Below, in pieces: positions 41,757-51,832 of a stretch of DNA of 64,000 bases (the first letter of the stretch is position 1; the number at the start of each line of letters is the position of its first letter). The DNA comes from an uncultured Nitrososphaerales archaeon. GTDB taxonomy: Archaea; Thermoproteota; Nitrososphaeria; Nitrososphaerales; Nitrososphaeraceae. The stretch covers positions 224,001-288,000 of the forward strand of contig CAWJCY010000006.1 in assembly GCA_963841565.1 (NCBI GenBank), written 5' to 3'. The notes under the pieces are model-generated. The model did not search any database and was not told the DNA's origin. It was given only the letters and a program-made list of their open reading frames with translations. A program made the translations under genes and the position numbers.

Positions 41757-42256
41757 ATAAACTAGGCATTAAATAAATTTGAACCTTGCTATGATTGACT
41801 TAAATAAATGAGATCCAATTCAGCTTTATCCGCTCCTGATATGTCCCTACAAGATATAATGGTAGCTCTGTTGATTTTTCATGGTTATTTCGTGAATCCC
41901 AAATACAAATCGACTTGCAAAGGGCACAGGAAGGACATCAAGCTTATTATGTGATGTACCAAGATTGGTATGTGAAGTAAAAGGTAATTTCCGGGCTCTG
42001 TCTGGGGTTTATGTCACGATTATCCTTGTCCTTGTCTAATTTATGAACGTATAACTGGCATTTACAGTGGCTTTAAATCAATCCCGATGGTAGATGGTGT
42101 GACGTTTGCACCTAAACTTGTGTTTGAGTAAATTGACCAAAGTGAAGAGAGAAAATTGCATTTTAATGCTACAGAGATAGGCAGATCCAACCTATTTTTC
42201 TGTCTACTACCCCTTCTCGCTTGGCCGATCTGGGAACCGATAATATATCTAGATCA

Positions 42257-42294
42257 CACCATTAGGATTAGAACTCACCATTAGGAATAGAACT
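42257..42294. repeat. 19-bp tandem duplication CACCATTAGGAWTAGAACT x2
   Basis: Units at 42257-42275 and 42276-42294, one mismatch. Confidence 0.75.
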
Positions 42295-42861
42295 TGATTT
42301 TGTTGCATCCTTTCATTTACACGTTCATTTTGTCTTGGATAGTAAAGAGTAATGCACATCCATATGTTTTGGTCCCATGTCATAATAAGGTTGCAAAATA
42401 AGTATATGATAGATTCGTGTATTGATCCAAAAAAGTAGACTTATGCTTACACATGATCAGATCATGATAATTCTTTTTTACTGCGCATCATTACTAACTT
42501 TGGGACCAATACTACCTATCCGAATTTTTCATAACCAATAATATCCACGATCGAGGAACCGTGGGAAATATCATTCTAATGAGACATCCGGATCAGACAA
42601 TTATGAATTAAAAGAATCTTGCGAATATAAGTCCAAAAATATTCCACACTGTAATTAGGAAAAATCTTGCCACGTTCAATTTGAATAGATCATTTTTGAA
42701 ATTAATCGATGACCCTTTTCTAGATTCAAGTGGCTAGTGAACTAACAGCATGCAAAGGAGCGTTTCGTCATACTCAGAATCGATCAGCTCTGTGAACCAA
42801 TATATACTTCAAGTTAAGGATCGAAACCGTTATTACTCTATTTAACACGGCATACAAAGTA

Positions 42862-45591
42862 TTGGGCAAAAAGGAACTTTCTGCTCTGTTTTCTGCTAAC
42901 CCGGATAAATACTATAAAATAGCACTTTTCGATAAAGTTGGATTTCAGCGGCACAAATGCATTCATTGTGGTAAGTTTTTTTGGTCTCTTGTAGATAGGA
43001 CGGCTTGCCCCGATCATGAGGCTTATGGGTTTCTTGGAAATCCCCCAACAAGCAAGCGTCTAGACTATATTGATGCGTGGAAGGAAGTCGAATCTTTCTT
43101 TGGTTCAAATGGACATACCATAGTAAACAGGTATCCTGTTGTCTGCAGATGGCGCGATGACCTCTATTACACAATAGCCTCTATCGTTGATTTTCAGAGA
43201 GTAGTTGAGAACAAGGTGTTCTTTGAACTCCCTGCCAATCCTTTGGTAGTACCTCAAATGTGCGTTCGGTTCAACGACATAGAGAATGTAGGTCTCAGCG
43301 GTCGCCATTACACAACCTTTTGCATGATAGGACAAACCTGCGACGCAGATGCCGAAGGAGGATATTGGAAGGATCGTTGCATGGATTTAGATTACCAATT
43401 GTTGACGAAAATATTAGGAATTGATCCCACGGCTATTACCTTCGTAGAAGACGTCTGGATGGGGGCAGGTGCTTTTGGGTATTCGCTAGAATATTTTGTC
43501 AATGGGCTTGAACTGGGTAACGCAGTGTTCACCGAATTTGAAGGAAGCGAAAATGAATATCGAACAATGAAACATCGAATTATAGACATGGGGGCAGGAT
43601 TGGAGCGTTTCTCATGGATAACCATGGGCACACCAACCAGTTATGACTGTACATTCGGTCCAGTCATTGATGAGATGATGAGCAAAACTGGAACAATGCG
43701 CGATAAAGAAATACTTGGAAGCTACTTTAGGTTTGTTTCAAATGCGCTAGAGAGAACAGAGGTGGATTTAAGAGCTCTCAAGTCCACCTTTGCGAAGGAA
43801 ATGAAGATCTCATTTGAAGATTTGAATAAGATAGTCAACCCGTTCGAAGCAATGTATACTATCGCAGATCATACGAGGACATTACTCTTTGCCATTAGCG
43901 ATGGTTCTATTCCATCTAATGTAGGAGGTGGCTATAATCTAAGGGTGATTCTTAGAAGGGCATTGGCAATACTAGAAAGATTGGGTTGGAAATTTGACTT
44001 AGCTGAAATAGCCGACATACACATCGGATATCTGAAAAGGATGTACCCAGAATTAGAAGAACACGTAAATGATGTTAGAACCATTTTACAAATTGAGTCT
44101 AATAGATATCTGGGGTCGAAGGAAAGAATGAATTCCATTACCTCGTCAATAAAGGGCAAGAAACAAAGCCTTTCGGTTGATGATCTTATAAGACTGTACG
44201 AGTCAGATGGTATAACGCCTGAATACCTTATAGAATCGGGTGCAATTGAAAGAATTCCCCAAGATTTTTATGCCCGGCTCTCTGAGCTACATGAATCTCA
44301 TCATTCAACACACAATCTTAAGCCAATTACAGGCATTGAAGAATTGCAGCCAACTAGGTTGTTATATTATGAACATGATTTGATGACCGAGTCTGATGCT
44401 AAAATTCTGACCATTGTGGAAAATAAGTACGTTATTCTTGATCAAACTATATTTTATCCTCGAGGTGGAGGTCAGGAGCCTGATACCGGCGATATCGAAG
44501 GGATTAAAGTACTGGACGTAACTAAGCAAAATGAAATTGTAATTCATAAAGTAAGTTCCTCAAAGGGCCTCTTACCCGGAAAAAAGGTTAGAATCCGCAT
44601 AAATCCAAGAAGAAGAGACCTAATTACTAAACACCATACTTCTACGCATATTGTAAATGCGTCTGCTAGAAGTATCCTTGGACCGTGGGTATGGCAAAAT
44701 TCTGCATTCAAGGACGAAGGATATGCGAGACTGGATATTACCCACCACTCGTCACTTACTAGAGAGGAAATCGAAGGAATAGAAAAAGCCGCAAACAAAG
44801 TTGTCAGGCAAAATAGTCCGGTATTAATAAACACATTCGATCGGATTGATGCAGAAAGAAATTACTCCTTTAGAATTTATCAGGGAGGTGTCGTTCCATC
44901 AGGGCAAGTCAGAATTGTAAATATTAAGGATTGGGATATTGAAGCCTGCGGAGGAACTCATGTTAATCGTACTGGTGAAATCGGCTTGATAAAGATTTTC
45001 AGGACTGAAAGAATTCAGGATGGTGTTGTAAGACTAGAATTTGTAGCAGGTGAGGCGGCTATAGACTATGTAGAAAAACAAGAGAATCAGCTTAATACTA
45101 TCTCGCGCGTCTTAGGAGCAAGCAAGGAAAAGGTGGTAGAATCATTGCGTAAATCCGTTGACGACGCAGACGAGACCAAGAGGAAGCTTAGAGCTATTGT
45201 AAGAAAAACTCTTCCCTCTGTTATGAATTCAATTTTCAAAGATGCAAAAGTGATCTCATCTGATGGAATCAAGTTATTTAGCATACACGATGAGGAGCTT
45301 GGTGAAGATTACTATATCTCACTAGGGGAGACAGCGACCCAGAATGATCCATACTTGATTTTTGTCGCACTTATTGGAAAAGGCCAGGGAGTACGTGTCA
45401 TTACATTTGTTGGAGAATTGGCGAGAAAAAGGATCAAGGCGGGCGATTTAGCCCAACGGCTTTCGCTGACCCTCGGCGGATCGGGGGGAGGAAATGATGC
45501 ATTTGGTCAGGGAGGTGGGAAATTTAAGCACAAAATTCGAGAAACGATATCATCGTTAGAAGAGATGATCTCACAAACTATTGGGCGATGA
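42862..45591 (+). CDS. alaS: Alanyl-tRNA synthetase (archaeal type)
   Basis: N-terminal zinc CxxC, YPVVCRWRDD, GLELGNAVF, ADHTR, FYPRGGGQ, HHTSTH/EACGGTH editing site, GGSGGG DHHA1. Confidence 0.97.
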   Translation: MGKKELSALFSANPDKYYKIALFDKVGFQRHKCIHCGKFFWSLVDRTACPDHEAYGFLGNPPTSKRLDYIDAWKEVESFFGSNGHTIVNRYPVVCRWRDDLYYTIASIVDFQRVVENKVFFELPANPLVVPQMCVRFNDIENVGLSGRHYTTFCMIGQTCDADAEGGYWKDRCMDLDYQLLTKILGIDPTAITFVEDVWMGAGAFGYSLEYFVNGLELGNAVFTEFEGSENEYRTMKHRIIDMGAGLERFSWITMGTPTSYDCTFGPVIDEMMSKTGTMRDKEILGSYFRFVSNALERTEVDLRALKSTFAKEMKISFEDLNKIVNPFEAMYTIADHTRTLLFAISDGSIPSNVGGGYNLRVILRRALAILERLGWKFDLAEIADIHIGYLKRMYPELEEHVNDVRTILQIESNRYLGSKERMNSITSSIKGKKQSLSVDDLIRLYESDGITPEYLIESGAIERIPQDFYARLSELHESHHSTHNLKPITGIEELQPTRLLYYEHDLMTESDAKILTIVENKYVILDQTIFYPRGGGQEPDTGDIEGIKVLDVTKQNEIVIHKVSSSKGLLPGKKVRIRINPRRRDLITKHHTSTHIVNASARSILGPWVWQNSAFKDEGYARLDITHHSSLTREEIEGIEKAANKVVRQNSPVLINTFDRIDAERNYSFRIYQGGVVPSGQVRIVNIKDWDIEACGGTHVNRTGEIGLIKIFRTERIQDGVVRLEFVAGEAAIDYVEKQENQLNTISRVLGASKEKVVESLRKSVDDADETKRKLRAIVRKTLPSVMNSIFKDAKVISSDGIKLFSIHDEELGEDYYISLGETATQNDPYLIFVALIGKGQGVRVITFVGELARKRIKAGDLAQRLSLTLGGSGGGNDAFGQGGGKFKHKIRETISSLEEMISQTIGR

Positions 45592-45597
45592 TATGCC

Positions 45598-48500
45598 TTG
45601 CCTGACTCGTACCTACGTACACAAAAGCACGCTGCTAGGCCAGACTGGAATCTAATCGAGAAAAAGTGGAGGCAGATATGGGATGAACAGAAGATATTTG
45701 AATCGAATCCTGATCCTACGAAGCAAAAATATTTAGTAACAGTTGCATATCCATATCCAAATTCCCCTCAACATATAGGACATGGGAGAACGTACACACT
45801 TGCCGATGCTCACGCTCGTTACAAGAGGATGAGAGGATACAATGTTTTATTTCCAATGGGTTTTCACTATACAGGTACTCCCATACTGGCAATGTCTCGT
45901 AGATTGATATCTGGAGATACGGATCTGTATAATACCTTTCTCAATGTATATGGCGTTCCTTCTGATGCTATAGAATCATTTAACGAGCCAGTGAATATAG
46001 CGAGATTTTTCCATCAAGAAATAAAACAAGGGATGAATGAGATGGGATTCTCAATAGATTGGAGGAGGGAATTCACTACCATCGACGAAACATTTTCCAA
46101 ATTTATCTCATGGCAGTTTAACCTTCTCAAGAGAAAAGGCCTCATAATTCAAGGGTCTCATCCAGTTGGGTGGTGTCCTAGAGATCAGAATCCAGTTAGC
46201 CAGCATGATACATTAGGAGACATAGAGCCTAATTTCATTGAATATACGTTAGTAAAGTTCCACCTAGGTGACACATATGTACTACCAGTGGCTACACTAA
46301 GGCCTGAGACGGTTTATGGTGTTACCAATCTATGGGTTAACCCTCACGTAAAGTACGTAGTCGCACGTGTGGGAAAAGATAACGAACCAATGTGGATTAT
46401 CAGTCGTGATGCAGTAAAGAAACTAGAACATCAAGGTCATAAGGTAGACATCGATCACGAAATAGATGGCATGGAGTTAGTAGGTAAGTATGTGAGTAAT
46501 CCTATTACACAAAGCAGACTTCCCATATATCCTGCGTCCTTCGTAGATCCTAAAGATGGTAGCGGGTTGGTTATGTCTGTGCCAGCCCACGCTCCTTATG
46601 ATTATCAGGCACTACTAGATTTCAAAAATGGCAATTTCTCCATGGAAATGCATATTTCTGACATAGTCAAACCAATAACAATTATCGAATCCGAAGGGAA
46701 TGAAGGTGACAACATAGTCCCTTCTCAGATCATAATTGAAAGGTTAGGTGTAAAGGATCAACACGATTCTCTTTTGGAAAAAGCTACTACAGAGCTGTAT
46801 TCTCATGAATTCTATAAGGGGAGGATGAAAGAAAATACTGGAAAGTATGCGGGGATGACAGTTTCAGAAGCAAAGGACCTTATTAGATCCGAACTATTGC
46901 AGAACGGAATTGGCGAAATCCTATATGAATTTGTCAATAAATCAGTCAAGTGCAGGTGTGGTGAAGAATGTGTAGTAAAGGTACTAAATGATCAGTGGTT
47001 TCTTAATTATAGTAATGTTCAATGGAAAGATCTTGCTCATCAATGCATTAATGGAATGGATATCGTTCCTGATGAAATAAGATCTGAATTCAATTATGTA
47101 GTGGACTGGTTGAAGGAGAGAGCATGTGCAAGGAAGTCAGGTTTAGGGACTCGATTGCCTTGGGACCAAGATTGGATCATAGAAAGTCTATCTGATTCAG
47201 TCATCTACACTGCATACTACATTATTTCAAGATATTTTAAATATGGGACCAAAAATAAAATTACTGCGGAAAATTTAACAGATTCCCTTTTTGACTATAT
47301 ATTTTTGGGGGAAGGTTCTCTTAAAGAAATTTCAGAAGAGTCTAAACTTTCTGAGGAGCTCATATGCGATATGAGAACAGAGTTTACTTACTTTTATCCC
47401 GTTGATACACGACATTCCGGAAGGGATCTGGTCCCTAATCATCTCACCTTCTTTGTCTTTAATCACGTAGCTATATTTGATAGGGCCAATTGGCCTAGAC
47501 AAATTGTAGTAAATGGTTCAGTGCTTATGGACGGTAAAAAGATGTCTAAATCCTTTGGAAATATTATTCCCCTACGACAAGCCGTAAAAGACCATAGCGC
47601 GGACACAATTCGAGTGGCATTATTGAGTTCTGCTGAACTACTTCAAGATGCAGATTTCTCATTCGAGGCACTTCGTGGTATTCGATCGAGGTTGGATGAT
47701 ATATACCAAATGGGGATACTTCTTTCTAGTTCAAAAACTAATAGCATATCGTCGCTAAAGCAGTTTTATGATAATCATAGCGTTACCGAGTCTGAGGATA
47801 GATGGATCTTGAGTATGATACAAAGAAGGATAAGAGATACTACAGAATTAATGGATCGACTCCGCGTGAGGGAGGTGCTACATACCATATTGTACTCGAT
47901 GGAGCAGGATCTTCAATGGTATAACAAACGGGTCAAATCTAAGGGCAGAAACGAGACGTTAGTGACTACAATACTGACAGTGTTTCTCGAGACGAGAATC
48001 AAATTGCTCGCGCCTTTTGCTCCTTTTTTGGCTGACGAAGTTTGGAGTAGCATCGTCGGAGATGCCACTGAAATTAGCGCAAATTTAGTTTGGCCGAGTT
48101 CAAGGGAGGAAAGCATCGATCCCACTGCTGAAGAAACTGAAGATCTAATCAAGAATCTTATACAAGATATACAAAATATCCTGAAGGTCACAAAAATAAA
48201 ACCCGCTCATATTAATATATACACATCGGCAAGCTGGAAGTGGAAAGTGTATCAAAAAATACTTGAGCTAATTATCGCGAATCGTAATTCAAGCTTGAGT
48301 GATGTGATGAAAGCATTAGGTGATGATTCAGAAATATCTCAAGCCAGATCAGATATTAAATTGATAAAGAAAATTATGGAGGATATTCTTTCCATTACAG
48401 TTGAGCGGCGTTCGCTTAAATTAAATACTAAGAAGTTAGACGAACTAAGGACAATGGAAGACGCGGCATCACTGATTTCAAAGGAACTGGGAGACGAGAA

Positions 48501-48609
48501 TATTGAAATTTCTGTGTTTAGTGAAGATGACGAGGATACAAAGAAAAAAGATCCACAATCAAAAGCGGGATTCTCTCGTCCATTTAAGCCTGCTATATAT
48601 TTAATTTGA
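45598..48609 (+). CDS. leuS: Leucyl-tRNA synthetase (archaeal/eukaryotic type)
   Basis: AYPYPNSPQHIGH, ATLRPET, SVPAHAPYD, ESLSDS, KMSKS. Confidence 0.97.
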   Translation: MPDSYLRTQKHAARPDWNLIEKKWRQIWDEQKIFESNPDPTKQKYLVTVAYPYPNSPQHIGHGRTYTLADAHARYKRMRGYNVLFPMGFHYTGTPILAMSRRLISGDTDLYNTFLNVYGVPSDAIESFNEPVNIARFFHQEIKQGMNEMGFSIDWRREFTTIDETFSKFISWQFNLLKRKGLIIQGSHPVGWCPRDQNPVSQHDTLGDIEPNFIEYTLVKFHLGDTYVLPVATLRPETVYGVTNLWVNPHVKYVVARVGKDNEPMWIISRDAVKKLEHQGHKVDIDHEIDGMELVGKYVSNPITQSRLPIYPASFVDPKDGSGLVMSVPAHAPYDYQALLDFKNGNFSMEMHISDIVKPITIIESEGNEGDNIVPSQIIIERLGVKDQHDSLLEKATTELYSHEFYKGRMKENTGKYAGMTVSEAKDLIRSELLQNGIGEILYEFVNKSVKCRCGEECVVKVLNDQWFLNYSNVQWKDLAHQCINGMDIVPDEIRSEFNYVVDWLKERACARKSGLGTRLPWDQDWIIESLSDSVIYTAYYIISRYFKYGTKNKITAENLTDSLFDYIFLGEGSLKEISEESKLSEELICDMRTEFTYFYPVDTRHSGRDLVPNHLTFFVFNHVAIFDRANWPRQIVVNGSVLMDGKKMSKSFGNIIPLRQAVKDHSADTIRVALLSSAELLQDADFSFEALRGIRSRLDDIYQMGILLSSSKTNSISSLKQFYDNHSVTESEDRWILSMIQRRIRDTTELMDRLRVREVLHTILYSMEQDLQWYNKRVKSKGRNETLVTTILTVFLETRIKLLAPFAPFLADEVWSSIVGDATEISANLVWPSSREESIDPTAEETEDLIKNLIQDIQNILKVTKIKPAHINIYTSASWKWKVYQKILELIIANRNSSLSDVMKALGDDSEISQARSDIKLIKKIMEDILSITVERRSLKLNTKKLDELRTMEDAASLISKELGDENIEISVFSEDDEDTKKKDPQSKAGFSRPFKPAIYLI

Positions 48610-48641
48610 TGCCTTGTTTAGTAATTAACCTTTTTAGTACC

Positions 48642-48878
48642 TCATTTTCTCATCTTTCTAGAAACTATAGCAGTGGCGAAATACAACACAAACCCAGCTA
48701 TAACAAGAAAAAGGCCATAGAGCGAAATGGCACCACGATCATAATAGGTTCCTATTCCTACAGTAAGTGCTCCGACAACAAGTAACGCTACACCTAGTCT
48801 TGTGAATGAAGACATTCGGGGTTTTTTATTATAATCAGGTTTTTTATTATAATCAGGTTTTTTATTATAATCAGGCAT
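48642..48878 (-). CDS. Small two-TM membrane protein with (PDYNKK)x3 N-terminus
   Basis: Two hydrophobic helices and a basic C-terminus. Alternative start at ATG 48815. Confidence 0.65.
   Translation of the reverse strand: MPDYNKKPDYNKKPDYNKKPRMSSFTRLGVALLVVGALTVGIGTYYDRGAISLYGLFLVIAGFVLYFATAIVSRKMRK
48820..48875. repeat. Perfect 18-bp tandem repeat GGTTTTTTATTATAATCA x3
   Basis: Units at 48820, 48838 and 48856. Confidence 0.95.
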
Positions 48879-49074
48879 CTTGTATAGTTCGACCTACTCC
48901 TTCATTAACTAAAAACTTAGGCATGTAAAAACTTGTCCCAAATTCTCTAATACTCAACCTGAAGTCTGCTAAAGAATTCTGTCGAAGATCTTTACTTAGA
49001 CGTTAGGATAAATAAAGACACATTAAAAAGTGAAGGGGAGGAGAATTACGACATTTCTCAATAAAACTATCAGA

Positions 49075-49734
49075 CTAGTAAATTGAGCTTTCAGTCCTTG
49101 ATTCTGGACCCTGAGTTGGGAGGTCGGGAAATTTATCCCTAGTATTTTCTTCAACTACTGCAGTAGCTTCCTCAATAATTTTTATTGCTTCATCGTCCAA
49201 GCTTAGAGTACCGCTTGATATTTCAGGCGAAGGTATCTGACCAGTGCCTGACATTATGTTACCCAATAGATCAGATATTTGACCAAAAGATTGATCTGCA
49301 TGTGGCATCATCGAAGAAAGCCCTCCTTGGATCCCCTTTATAACTGACATCGCTGGGCTAAGTGTAATCACGACATCTCCTAGTTCAGTCATCGTGTTGA
49401 GCCGTAATTGAATCTGTTCCAAAGCCAACTTAGCAGAATTGACCATCTTGTTCATCCTTCTGATTTGAGAAAGCTCATTCGATAACAATTTTGCATAACG
49501 ACTATCATGATTCTGCATTGCAGTCACTATCCTGCCGAAAATGAGTTTATCTTTTTCCTGCATTTTGGTTGATATGGTTTCAAGCTTCGTAACCTGCATC
49601 TGCAATTTGCTTCTAGCTTCCTCTATACGCGGCTTCAATGGAGCCTGTGGTTTTACACCTTCAAGTATCTTATTTCTTACGGATTCGCCTACGCTATCCC
49701 CTTGCTGTTTATTCCATTTATTGCCAAACGACAT
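49075..49734 (-). CDS. cdvB: ESCRT-III/Snf7-family cell division protein (CdvB paralogue)
   Basis: Helical core AKLLSNELSQIRRM...LALEQIQLRLNTMTELGDVV..LSPAMSVIK and C-terminal DKFPDLP. Confidence 0.88.
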   Translation of the reverse strand: MSFGNKWNKQQGDSVGESVRNKILEGVKPQAPLKPRIEEARSKLQMQVTKLETISTKMQEKDKLIFGRIVTAMQNHDSRYAKLLSNELSQIRRMNKMVNSAKLALEQIQLRLNTMTELGDVVITLSPAMSVIKGIQGGLSSMMPHADQSFGQISDLLGNIMSGTGQIPSPEISSGTLSLDDEAIKIIEEATAVVEENTRDKFPDLPTQGPESRTESSIY

Positions 49735-49984
49735 GATAACAACGTTACAGTTTTGGTTTTGATTATTCTTAATGCATATTAAAAAAAATTGTTAAGGAGC
49801 TTTAATAAATTAGAATCAGTAGAGTTAATGAATTCGGTTCTCTACGATATTTATTATGGCTAGATCGTTTATACATAAGTTCTGACTTTCGTTGCTTTTC
49901 AACTGAACAGTCAAGTACGAACCCATGAAGGAAGTAATAACCAGGTGAATCTTCTCATAAGGGGCTTTAAAATGTAAAGAGCAT

Positions 49985-50002
49985 AATTATAACGTTATAA
50001 TT
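49985..50002. promoter_or_regulatory. Perfect 18-bp palindrome AATTATAACGTTATAATT containing two TTATAA boxes
   Basis: Self-complementary; about 40 nt upstream of ATG 50042. Regulatory role is inferred. Confidence 0.45.
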
Positions 50003-50041
50003 GTCAAGAAAGAATCTTCAGTCAGAGATTGTTCGGAAATT

Positions 50042-50176
50042 ATGTCGTACCAAGTAGATAGACAAAGGAAGCAGTACGCAAAGGGAACCTCACCAAGGCA
50101 AACTTTGCTGCAGCTCAAGAAAATTATTGCAGAATATTGGCGAAGGATCCAAAGAATAGGCGCCCCATCTAAATAG
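50042..50176 (+). pseudogene. Probable TPR gene remnant, or a 44-aa small ORF
   Basis: The ATG frame reads MSYQVDRQRKQYAKGT...; a shifted frame reads KANFAAAQENYCRILAKDPKN, which resembles a TPR consensus. Confidence 0.35.
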
Positions 50177-50189
50177 TTCGTGTTTTGGG

Positions 50190-50429
50190 TTATATTCCCA
50201 TTAACCAGGCTTTGTAGACCGCCGCTCCAGCGTCTGCAATCTTTGTAATCAATTCAGGATTTTCTTTAAATGTGTTTTTGACTTTGGTAAAGAAGGACTG
50301 TGTATTTTCAGGAGAATTAGTAATACTGTCTTTAAAATCGTTGACCAAAGATTTTGCTGCATCTTTGTCCTGTATGTTGGAGTTGTCAATATCTTGAAAG
50401 ACCTTATCGAAATTAGCACGCGCCGTCTG
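50190..50429 (-). pseudogene. Start-less 79-codon C-terminal gene fragment (helical)
   Basis: QTARANFDKVFQDIDNSNIQDKDAAKSLVNDFKDSITNSPENTQSFFTKVKNTFKENPELITKIADAGAAVYKAWLMGI*, preceded by an in-frame TGA. Confidence 0.5.
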
Positions 50430-50482
50430 TCAGTTACTAATAGTGTAAAAGCAATATAAGTCTTGCACTTTTCTTATAAAAT

Positions 50483-50611
50483 ATATATACATAGATATGT
50501 ATATATGAAATATAACTGCTATTACTTGAAAAATGACTGCTATTATTTTTCAGGAATAACTACTATTATTTTTCAGGAATAACTGCTATTATTTGAAAAA
50601 TGACTGCTATT
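50483..50611. repeat. AT-rich inverted repeat followed by five ATRACTRCTATT cores at 21/23/23/21-bp spacing
   Basis: ATATATACATA-GA-TATGTATATAT at 50483-50506; cores start at 50512, 50533, 50556, 50579 and 50600. Confidence 0.9.
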
Positions 50612-50950
50612 GATTGTTAATTCAGAATACCCAAATAACATGATCAGGATAATGGGGGGGACTGTATGCGTATTCGCTCGCGTACCAGAAGCTATTTTAC
50701 CAGAAGATACTGGAATTATCCTAGCCAAATTTGTCTAGCAAGTGGTTATCACCGAACTTGACAAATTGTCAGGGTAGGTTGAATATACTGGCATTCTGTT
50801 GGTATTTAACCAACAATCAATAATCATATGTTGTGCGATCAATGGCAAGATTTTGTTAGCACGATGCCAACAGAATTAATAATTAATGATTAGCTGAAGT
50901 AGGTATAGGTACGTATCGGGCAGAGTCCAAATTGAAATAATATAAGAACG

Positions 50951-51045
50951 ATAGTGTGAAGTGGGTTAGAAGCGCTTGGGGGGTTGAATGTTCCCCTAAG
51001 TGGTTAACAATTGATTTGGAACTAAGTCAACTAACCCACTACTAT
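50951..51045 (+). ncRNA. Candidate structured RNA (three-way junction)
   Basis: P1 50960-50969/51031-51040 (10 bp, perfect), P2 50975-50983/50992-51000, P3 51011-51018/51023-51030. All non-Watson-Crick pairs are G-U on the + strand. Confidence 0.4.
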
Positions 51046-51832
51046 TAGTTCAGGTAGGTCTATATCATCGTGTCCATATCCGTTGTCCTGCATAACCAAA
51101 ACGGCAGTTTCTTCTGAAACGGCGTAAAGTTCTACAAGACAATGACAAGTTCTCCCTAGAGAACATGATAAGATAATCTTCTACTTCAAGTGCTATTTGA
51201 GGCATAATAAGATTATAAGTTGATCTGAAAAGAGAATATCTATCGCTAATCTCGCATATAAATCTGGCAATACTCACATTTTTTATCTAGATTGATTACT
51301 CTTCCTTCCTCGGTGACATGATCATTTAGGTGAGACCTAGCTTTTTCGATATTTTTTTTAATACTAGAAATAGTCTTTTCGGATACGTTACCAATACTAA
51401 TATTCCTGATTATGCTAGTATGCAATGTTCTAGCATATACGAGAATTGTAAATACATTATAGCTTTTAAAATAAGACAATGATGTCAACATTCTTCTAGC
51501 AACGATATATGGGAAGTATAGGATCAAAGTTCCCTGTAGAGTACCTTTAGTCCCGTCATAGAATGATCTTTGTATTCACAGAAACAGCAAGTGTGATGTG
51601 ATACGTAGCTGACCTTTCTTGATATGCTAGAATTCGCTGCTGTCATTTTTATAACTAATAACCAAGTCTATTAACTAGTTTTTGAAGCCATGCATAGTTT
51701 CTTATAATTGGTAAAGAAGAGATCTCAGATGTGGTTGGGATCAACATTCGAGATGCTCGAACAAGCTGCATACATTTCTACCATCAAAATGTTAGGGGGA
51801 TAAGGATTCGTTAAACCATAAATCCATCCACG

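Noticed and set aside
50512-50611. CRISPR array
   Set aside because: The repeat core is only 12 bp, the linkers are 9-11 bp and themselves repeated, and there are no unique spacers or cas genes.
50640-50945. Chromosomal origin (G-string at ~50654; TCCAAATTGAAAT at ~50926 as an ORB)
   Set aside because: Spacing does not fit the TCCA-N3-GAAAY ORB pattern, there is a single copy, and no cdc6/orc1 is nearby.
50951-51045. Hammerhead ribozyme or tRNA identity for the three-way junction
   Set aside because: No CUGANGA/GAAA core on either strand, and no T-loop or anticodon arm geometry.
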